Below are positions 50,239 through 58,429 of a stretch of 64,000 bases of DNA, in pieces. The stretch lies in assembly GCA_030390025.1 (NCBI GenBank), contig CM059432.1, positions 32,614,001 through 32,678,000 on the forward strand, given 5' to 3'. Position 1 is the stretch's first letter, and each line of letters opens with the position of its first letter. The DNA comes from Squalus acanthias. Lineage: Eukaryota. The translations under genes and the position numbers were made by a program. The notes under the pieces were generated by a model that did no database searches, was not told the DNA's origin, and saw only the letters and a list, made by a program, of their open reading frames with translations.

Positions 50239-52203
50239 ATGGAGAGGGTGAGAGAACGCGCTCATCGCTTCACCGAGCGGGCCTTGGATGCTCTGGTTGA
50301 CGCAGTGGAGCGCAGACGATGCATGCTGTTCCCAGAGAGTGGCAGGAGGCCTTTGCCACGCGAGTTCAGAAGAGTGTGGAGGGAGGTGGCTCAGAGCGTC
50401 TCCTCCAGGAGCATGGTGCCCAGGACCCATGTCCAGTGCCGCAAGAAGTTCAACGACCTCACTCGGGTCGTCAGGGTGAGTGGCTTTTTCTCAATACCTC
50501 TCCATCCCTCCATCTCAACCTCACTCTATGGCCAGAGGGTCTTAAAACCCCAATGCACAACACTCATCCAACACCTATGGCCCTTTCATCAAACACACAC
50601 ACACATTCCACACTTTGCATACAGTAAGGGCTATTCACCTATGGGAGGCACATCAGGCAAGACCATGGCTGCATATTGTAAGGGCTATTCACCTATGGGA
50701 GGCACATCAGGCAAGACCATGGCTGCATATTGTAAGGGCTATTCACCTATGGGAGGCACATCAGGCAAGACCATGGCTGTATATTGACTCAGATGCTGTC
50801 CTTTTTCTTGCAGGCTAAGCTGGCTCATAATCGGAGACAGCAGCAACGGACGGGTGGAGGGCGGCTTCAGCTGCAACCCCTCAGCGATCTGGAGGAGCGC
50901 GTCCACAGGATTGTGGCAAGCCGGGTGATCGGTCCCGTCGCCACTGGAGACGCCGACCCCGTTGTGGACAGCAATGGTAAGGTCATCACCTTTTTGTCCT
51001 CTGTCCTTCCACTTGTCCCTCACAATACCAGCCTTTGACACTTTCAATCCAACTTGCTAACTCGCTGCACTTATTCCTCCCTTACTGCCACCCTGTCCTC
51101 ACGCTAAAGCCACTCTTGTACCTCCCTGCTTTCAGATGGTGATTCACCAGCTGAGGAGATGGTCCCTGAAGCTGCCACTGGGAGTGATGCTGCAGCTGAG
51201 GAGGAAGAGGTAGCCGGAGCATCAGTGCCACCCTCTCCCGAGGAAGCCCATGGCCACACTGGGAACACGCCTTCCCCGGAGGGGAGCAGGGGGGAAGGGG
51301 CTGATGATGGTGAAGTTCCAGGACCCAGCGGGCTGCAGCAACGCCATGGGGGGGGGGAGGGAAGAACGGGGGAGCAGGGGGGAAGGGGCTGATGATGGTG
51401 AAGTTCCAGGACCCAGCGGGCTGCAGCAACGCCATGGGGGGGGGAGGGAAGAACGGGAGCCTTCTCCCCAGAGGGAGAGTATGCCAGACACTCCTAATGC
51501 AATGGACGCAGAGGAGGAGCGGATGATTGCAGAAATGAACAGCCAGGCGGTGGTCATGCACACTGAGCTCATGGGTGCAGTGGGAAGGGTGCCCGAATGC
51601 ATTGAGGCACTGGCAAGGAGTGTGGAGCACTTCGCTGTAGCACAGGCGGATGCCACACTAAAGCTTACTGCTGCAATTCAGTCACTGGCTGCCAGGAACC
51701 CATCTGAGCCTGCTCTCATGCAGACTCAGATTGAGGCCACGCGAGCACTGACTGCTGCCATCCTCGATGGTTCGTGCACATGTCCCCGGGGCTGTCACCG
51801 CGCCGCAGCAGGCCAGCAATCTGTTCTCAGGCAAATTGCTCCGGATGCTGAAGTGCTGCCCCGTGGGAGTGCCAGTGTGTCGGGCGAGCAGGGAGTTGCT
51901 GTCCTCTCTCACGATGACAGCATTCCTGCTGCCAACACTGTCACTTCTCCACTGCACTTGCCACCGCCTGTAGGACAGACTGCTGCCGCCCATGCAGAGT
52001 TGGTGCAGTCTGCAGCCGGGCCCTCCAGGCCCAGAAGTGGTCGAGGCCGGCCTTCAGGGGCATCTGCAGTGTCAGGGTCTGACAAGCAGCAGCCTTCCAC
52101 CAGCCTTGCTGCAGCCACTGAGGTCCCATTACGGAGGAGCAGTAGGGTTAGAAGGGGGGAAGTGCGCAAGGGAAGGAGATCACCCTCGAAGGGCAAAAAG
52201 TAG
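50239..52203 (+). CDS. Harbinger Myb/SANT-like DNA-binding protein gene; predicted exons 50239-50475, 50814-50976, 51136-52203; one-base frameshift in the G-run at 51348-51357
   Basis: Exon 1 MERVRERAHRFTERALDALVDAV...WREVAQSV...QCRKKFNDLTRVVR then gtgagt. Exon 2 follows ttgcag, AKLAHNRRQQQRTGGG..., then gtaagg. Exon 3 follows ttcag. With G9 instead of G10 the spliced ORF is 488 aa. Confidence 0.8.
50624..50785 (+). repeat. 3 x 54-bp tandem repeat in intron 1 of the Harbinger Myb gene
   Basis: GTAAGGGCTATTCACCTATGGGAGGCACATCAGGCAAGACCATGGCTGCATATT at 50624, 50678 and 50732. Confidence 0.95.
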
Positions 52204-52497
52204 GATGTGTGCCAAAATGCTGGTCATTTTTTTATTAAAGGCCGAGGTTCATGGCCCAACTTTTGTTTAGTGTTTTGGACATTATCTCCAGGTTGTGAGA
52301 ACCAGTTATGTTATTGACTGTTTTTTGGTGTTTATTTCTATGAGTTTCTCATGAGGAATTGACACACACAGAGTTTGTACAATAAATAAGTTTCTGTATT
52401 CAAAATATACATGGCTGGTGGTTGGAATTATTGGTGCCTTGGCCGGCTTAGGGGTTGCGTGCTGGGTTGATTCGTGTTTGTAGCACTGGCAGGGGTC

Positions 52498-53658
52498 CTA
52501 GAAGCGGCTTGCTATTAGTCGTTGACGGACGGCCCTTGCAGTTTGACCATTGTGGGCCGCCCTCCTGCCTTGGTGCTGCTGCTGATCATCGTCCTCGGCC
52601 TGTTCCTCCTCTTCCTCCTCCTCCTCTTGTGGTGCTGCAAGGCCTGGTGGCATTGGCTGCGTCCTGAGGATTGCCATGTTGTGCAACATGCAGCACACCA
52701 CTACGAATTTGGAAACTTGCTCAGGCGAGTACTGCAGGGCTCCTCCGGAATGGCCCAGACAGCGGAATCGTTGTTTGAGCACGCCGATTGTGCGCTCAAT
52801 AATGTTCCTCGTTGCTTGTTGGCTTTCCTGGTACCGCAGCTCAGCAGGGGTGTTTGGCGCACGGAGCGGTGTCATCAGCCAGGTGCTCAATGCGTACCCC
52901 TTGTCCCCCAGAAGCCAACCAACTGGCTGATGCGGTGCCTCGAAAATTTCTGCCACAGTACTCTGGCGCAGGATGAAAGCATCGTGGCAGCTGCCCGGAT
53001 AGTGGGCATTGACAGCGAGAATCACCTGTCTGTGGTCACAGACCAACTGCACATTCAAGGAATGGAACCCCTTTCTGTTCCGGAACTCCTCTGCATTCTC
53101 TCGCGGAGCACGCAAAGCCACATGCGTGCAGTCAATGGCGCCCTGCACCATGGGGAAGCCCGCTACCCTCGCAAAGCCCATAGCACGGTCATGCTGCTTG
53201 TCTGGGGTCATAGGGAAGGAGATGAAGTCTCGTCTCCTTGTGAAGAGGGCATTGGTGACCTGCCGAATGCAGCGATGCACCGCAAACTGGGAGATATTGG
53301 CGAGGTCCCCAACAGCAGCTTGGAATGAGCCAGTGGCGTAGAAGTTCAAGGCCACTGTGACCTTCACTGCCACCGACAGAGACGTCCTGGACCTCAGCTG
53401 AGGCTGCAGATCTGGCTGCAGCAGGTGGCAGAGCTCAGTGACCACCTCCTTGCTGAATCGCAGCCTTCGCAAACACAGCTCCTCGGACATGTGGATGTAG
53501 GAGAGCTGTTCACGATATACCCTGGGAGGGTAAGCTCTCCTGTACATGCGCCTGATGGGCCTCCTCCGTCTGGCCATCATTGCCACTCTCTGTCTGCGTC
53601 TCACTCTGCTCCGATTGAGCTGGAGCAGGACGACGCCCCCAATCATTGCAGCCCCCAT
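52498..53658 (-). CDS. Harbinger (HARBI1-like, DDE_Tnp_4 type) transposase, 386 aa, uninterrupted
   Basis: Motifs ALNFYATGSFQ, GFPMVQGAIDCTHV (D), NRKGFHSLNVQLVCD, LLGDKGY (D), RNIIERTIGVLKQRF (E), CCMLHN; acidic C-terminal tail. Confidence 0.93.
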   Translation of the reverse strand: MGAAMIGGVVLLQLNRSRVRRRQRVAMMARRRRPIRRMYRRAYPPRVYREQLSYIHMSEELCLRRLRFSKEVVTELCHLLQPDLQPQLRSRTSLSVAVKVTVALNFYATGSFQAAVGDLANISQFAVHRCIRQVTNALFTRRRDFISFPMTPDKQHDRAMGFARVAGFPMVQGAIDCTHVALRAPRENAEEFRNRKGFHSLNVQLVCDHRQVILAVNAHYPGSCHDAFILRQSTVAEIFEAPHQPVGWLLGDKGYALSTWLMTPLRAPNTPAELRYQESQQATRNIIERTIGVLKQRFRCLGHSGGALQYSPEQVSKFVVVCCMLHNMAILRTQPMPPGLAAPQEEEEEEEEQAEDDDQQQHQGRRAAHNGQTARAVRQRLIASRF

Positions 53659-54300
53659 CTTCTCTTTGCCAGAAAAGTAATGAGGTACAGCAACGAAAGT
53701 AGCAGCAAAGTTAGGATGAACTAGGCAAAACTACCTCACAAAGCGTTGAGTCAATGTAGAAGTCTCTCTCTCTCTCTCTCCGAATCTCTCTCTCTCTCTC
53801 AGAACGAGTGGTGCATAAATGTCGACCACAGAAAAAGACAGGAAGAGGCCCCCTTTAAATAGCGCCCCCCCCAGCCCCAGACCGATTGATAACGTTCCAG
53901 TCTTCCGGTCGTTGGAAGCGCCAGGCGGTAAGGCAGGGGGCGCCACTCAATTTCCGCTCCGGGGCGCCCCAAGGGCGTTGCACCACAGAATGACGTCACA
54001 ATCTGCGCGCGCAGGTGGTCGCAGCGGTAAGTTTTAGCGCCGCCGCACAATCTCAAGTTAAGTTCTCGAGCGGCGCAAACAGCGCTGCGCCCAGGCGTTA
54101 GCGCCTTAACGCCCCATTAGCGCCCATTTAAGGCGCTAACGGGAGGCGCAACCAACTGAATTTTTACCCCTTATAGTGTTGCCAAAAAGAGTAGTAAGCC
54201 TGAGGATTGGGAGGATTTCAGAATTCAGCAAAGGAGGACCAAGAAATTGATTTAAAAAAAAGGGAAAATAGAATATGAGAGTAAACTAGCAAGAGACATA

Positions 54301-54929
54301 GGGGGAAAAATTCGGTTGCTTTGCGCCTCCTGTTAAACGGGGCACAAAGCAACTAGCGCCCGGGCACGGCGCCGCCAACCCCTCCGAAATTCAGTGGGAG
54401 GTTAGCGTTGGCGGTAACCGTTAGCGCCCTGTGGTGCTGCGCCGCCGGCGATGACGTCATCGCCGTTCGGAGCACCCCACTTGCGATCTTCGGTAGCACC
54501 CCCTGACTTACCGCTGGACGCTATGTCCGATGGGGTCGGGGAGCCTACCTGCGGCTGGGGCAGCGCTAATTAAAGGCGATGTGCCTGGCGGCCATTTATG
54601 TTGCTGGCCGCCAGCATCTGCCCCTGTTGCCGTCCCCGGCCTCCACTGCAGCCCCCCCGCGGAGTGCCAGCTGTGCTCCGTGAGCCCGGCACTTCTCGAG
54701 TGCCGGGCTCTTTTGCCGGCACTCCAATTCCTGGTGGCCCAGCTGGGTCCCGGGTTGTGCTGCGCAAGGCCCCTCCCCCTTTAAGATATTCCCTCGCAGC
54801 GCCCCAAGAGGAAAGCGGGGCGCTTCTAGTAGTGCCCCGCTTCCCTCTTGGGGCGCTGCCGATGAATTTTGGCTGCGGGGGCGCTAATTTGTTAGCGCCC
54901 CAGAGGGGGCGCGACTCAATTTCCCCCCC
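54301..54929. mobile_element. Non-autonomous Harbinger MITE (629 bp), inverted relative to the adjacent autonomous element
   Basis: TIRs GGGGGAAAAATT / AATTTCCCCCCC; ATA TSD at 54298-54300 and 54930-54932. Host CR1 frame ..ARDI|KTDCKSFY.. is restored on removal. Confidence 0.9.
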
Positions 54930-55070
54930 ATAAAAACAGACTGTAAAAGCTTCTATAGGTATGTAAAAAAGAAAAGATTAGCGAAAGTAAACGTGGGTCC
55001 CTTACAGGCTGAGACAGGAGAAATTATAATGGGGAATAAGGAAATGGCAGAGAAATTAAACAAATACTTT

Positions 55071-55705
55071 GGGCTGGATTTTCATTGACCCGTGGAGCTG
55101 GGTTTGGAGGCGTGTGGGGGGTTAAAATTGCGAAAACTGGCGGGTGGGCACAAGTCTGCCTCCATCCCGCCTCCACGCAATTTTCGTGAAATCGTGTCTG
55201 CTGGTCCCGACTGCGTCCCGCCTTTAAGAGACGGGATAGGCTGTTAAGGCCCTTAACAAGCACTAAATTGACTCTATAATGCCATTTTGAAAGGCCTTTG
55301 TGATTTTAACCCTTGTTCTACGTGAAGCACGCCTGTTCTGAACCACGATTGTGAAACCTGGCGGGAGCACATTTGGCTGGATATCTCTCTCTCTCTCTCT
55401 CTGTGGTGGTGTAAAAATATGTGGGAACAGACTTAGGGCTGCTGCTGCTCATTTTGCATTCAGGTCCTCTCACAGCAAAGGCCAGGCAGTCTTTACAGAC
55501 CTTCAATGCAGCAGCAATGATGACATCATCAGAGGCGACTTCCAGACTGAAAACACTAATTGTGTCATGGGTTCCCACATGCTGGAACTCAATTGCCCAA
55601 TTAGGTGAAAATCGTATCAATCTCCCACATCCAATTGCAGTCGGGTGGATAACACGAAAAGTGGATGACACGACCCCAACCCGCCCCAGTATCAAAATCC
55701 AGCCC
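55071..55705. mobile_element. Second Harbinger-type MITE (635 bp), different subfamily
   Basis: Perfect 12-bp TIR GGGCTGGATTTT / AAAATCCAGCCC; TTT TSD at 55068-55070 and 55706-55708. Host frame ..NKYF|VSVFTE.. is restored. Confidence 0.88.
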
Positions 55706-55898
55706 TTTGTGTCTGTCTTCACGGAAGACTCAAAGAACCTCCCGAAAATAGTGGAGAACCAAGGGTCTAGCGAGAACGAGGAACTGAAAGAAATTAGTAT
55801 TAGTAAAAAAATAGTATTGGGGAAATTAATGGGACTGAAAGCCGATAAATCCCCATTACCTGATGGCCTATAAAAGAGGTGGCTATAGATATAGTGGA

Positions 55899-56085
55899 CA
55901 AAAGTGAGAAGTCACACAACACCAGGTTATAGTCCAACAGTTTTATTTGAAATCACAACCCTTCACCTGACGAAGGAGCAGCGCTCCGAAGGCTTGTGAT
56001 TTCAAATAAAACTGTTGGACTATAACCTGGTGTTGTGCGACTTCTCACTTTTGTCCACCCAGTCCAACACCGGCATCTCTGCATC
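55899..56085. mobile_element. Second-family PLE-type terminal-repeat hairpin insertion
   Basis: 14-bp TSD ATAGATATAGTGGA at 55885-55898 and 56086-56099. 65-bp inverted arms; the loop contains CTGACGAAGGAGCAGCGCTCCGAA. Confidence 0.75.
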
Positions 56086-58392
56086 ATAGATATAGTGGAT
56101 GCATTGGTTGTCATCTTCCAAAATTCCATAGATTCTAGAACGGTTCCCGCGGATTGGAAGGTAGCAAATGTAACTCCGCTATTTAAGAAAGGAGGGAGAG
56201 AGAAAACGGGGAACTACAGACCAGTTAGACATCAGTAGTAGGAAAAATGCTAGAATCTATTATTAAGGACGTGGTAACAGGGCACTCAGAAAATAATAAT
56301 AGGATTGGGCAGAGTCAACACGGATTTATGAAAGGGAAATCGTGTTTGGCGAATCTGTTAAGAGTTTTTTGAGATTGTAACTAGCAGAATAGATAAGGGG
56401 GAACCAGTGGGTGTGGTGTATTTGGATTTTCAGAAGGCACTCGATAAGGTGCCACACAAGAGCTTACTAAACAAAATTAGGGCTCATGGGATTGGGGTAA
56501 TATACTAGCATGGATTGAGGATTGGTTAACGGACAGAAAACAGAGAGTAGGAATAAACGGGACATTTTCGGGTTGGCAGGCTGTAACTATTGGGGTACCG
56601 CAAGGATCAGTGCTTGGGCCTCAGCTATTCACAATCTATATCAATGATTTGGATGAGGGGACCAAATGTAATATATCCAAGTTTGCTGATGATACAAAGC
56701 CGGGTGGGAATCTAAGTTGTGAGGAGGATGCAAAGAGGCTTCAAGGGGATATAGACAGGCTAAGTGAGTGGGCAAGAACATGGCAAATGGAATATAATGT
56801 GGAGAAATGTGAAGTTATCCATTTGGTAGGAAAAATAGAAAAGCAGAGTACTTATTTAAATGGTGAGAGATTGAGAAATGTTGGTGTTCAGAGGGACCTG
56901 GATGTCCTTGTACACGAATCACTCAAAGTTAACATGCAGGTACAGCAAGCAATTAGGAAAGCAAATGGTATGTTGACCTTTATTACAAGAGGATTTGAGT
57001 ACAAGAGTAAAGACGTCTTACTGCAATTATATAGGGCCCTGGTGAAACCACACCTGGAGCACAGTGTACAATTTTGGTCTCCTTACCTTGGAAGGATACA
57101 CTTGCCTTAGAGGGAGTGCAACGAAGGTTCACCAAACTGGTTCCTGGGATGGGGGGATTGTCCTATGAGGAGAGATTGAGTAGACTAGGCCTATATTCTC
57201 CAGAGTTTAGAAGAATGAGAGGTGATCTCATTGAAACATACAAAATTCTTACAGGGCTTGACAGGGTAGATGCAGGGAGGATGTTTGTCCTGGCTGGGCA
57301 GTCTAGAACCAGGGGTCAGTCTCAAAATAAGGGGTCGACCATTTAGGACTGAGATGAGGAGAAATTTCTTCACTCAGAGTGTGGTGAATCTTTGGAATTC
57401 TCTACCCCAGAGGGCTGTGGAGGCTCAGTCGTTGAGTATATTCACGACAGAGATTGATAGATTTTTGGATATTAAAGGAATCAAGTGATATGGGGATAGT
57501 GCAGGAAAGTGGAGTTAAGGTAGAAGATCAGCCATGATATTCAATGGTGGAGCAGGCTCGAGGGGCCGAATAGCGTACTCCTGCTCCTATTTCTTATGTT
57601 CTTATGTTAACTCACTACCACAGGGAGTGGTTGAAGCAAATAGTATAGATGCATTTAAGGGGCGGCTAGATAAGCGTATGAGGGAGAAGGGAATAGAGGG
57701 TTATGCTGATAGAGTTAGATGAGGAAAGATGGGAGGAGGCTCAAATGGAGCATAAACGGCATGGACTGGTTGGGCCGAATGGCCTGTTTCTGTGCTGTAG
57801 ATCCTATGTAGACTACTTTAGTGATCTGTGTACATAGACCCCTAAATCTCTTTGGAGCTCCACTATTTCTTGCTTTTCACCATTTAAATCACCTTCAATC
57901 TATCCTTTTTTGGCCCAAAATTGATGACCTCACACCCACCTGCATTGAAATCCATCTGCCAGTTTTGCCCACTCACTTAATCTATCAATGTCTCTTTATA
58001 ACTTTATGCCTCCATCTACACTACTTAACACCAATCTTTGTGTCAAACTTGGAGGATAATATGGCACTCTACTATGTTATCCAAGTCATTAATAAATATA
58101 GTGAATAGTTGAGACCCAGCACAGATCCTTGTGGGACACCACTAGTCACTTCCTTCCAATTTGAGTACATACCCACTATCTCTGCTCTCTGTCTTCTATC
58201 ACCTAACCAATCTCCTAACCAGGTCAATACTTTGCCTTCAATTCCGTGAGTTTTAATTTTAGCTAACAGTCTCTTATGTGGAATGATGCCAGGGATGGGA
58301 AACTATTGTTGTGAGGAAGCATCGAGATACTGGGTCTATTTCCATTGAAATAGCGAAGGCAAGGAAGACATTTTCATTTCCTGCTTTTTTCC

Positions 58393-58429
58393 AGTTCTGA
58401 CGAAGGGTCTTCGACCTGAAACGTTAACT
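58393..58429 (+). ncRNA. Minimal type I hammerhead ribozyme motif in a PLE terminal-repeat fragment (58374-58493)
   Basis: AGUU-CUGACGA-A-GGGUC(UUC)GACCU-GAAACGUU-AACU. Conserved core, stem II hairpin, palindromic loopless stem III (ACGU), stem I AGUU/AACU. Confidence 0.65.

Larger units (their letters stand above)
49882..54170. mobile_element. Near-intact autonomous PIF/Harbinger DNA transposon (4289 bp)
   Basis: TIRs GGGGTAGAAATT / AATTTTTACCCC (11 of 12 match). TTA duplicated at 49879-49881 and 54171-54173. Removing the element restores the host CR1 frame (..KEETYSVAKKS..). Carries convergent Myb-like and DDE genes. Confidence 0.95.
49533..57608 (+). mobile_element. 5'-truncated CR1 LINE hosting the Harbinger, two MITEs and a PLE hairpin
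   Basis: ORF2 peptides are collinear across all four insertions (MRGELAKVDW.., ..NKYFVSVF.., FADDTK). Ends in a ttcttatgttcttatg tail. Confidence 0.88.
45111..57810 (+). mobile_element. Full-length CR1 LINE (decayed), interrupted at 49533-57608
   Basis: 5' tandem array; ORF1 with Cys-rich CRDC...HICRKC, leucine zipper and esterase-like remnants (about 45803-46723); ORF2 APE+RT (about 46905-49531). The tail resumes at about 57609 (gaatgtgga|actcactaccacaggg). Confidence 0.85.
44478..58280 (-). mobile_element. CR1 fragment split in two (44478-45108 and 57811-58280) by the full-length CR1
   Basis: Minus-strand ORF2 sequence (..IQKIIKKANGMLAFI..) continues collinearly on the far side. Confidence 0.75.

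Noticed and set aside
50227..50787. Single-exon 186-aa Myb ORF as given in the ORF track
   Set aside because: It starts at a TTG and reads through a GT-AG intron whose position is conserved in the other copies; the spliced model from the ATG at 50239 is preferred.
52498..53658. Calling the transposase the domesticated host gene HARBI1, or the Myb gene NAIF1/MSANTD
   Set aside because: Both lie between TIRs with a TSD inside a LINE and have several decayed paralogues in the window, so they are transposon genes rather than single-copy domesticated genes.
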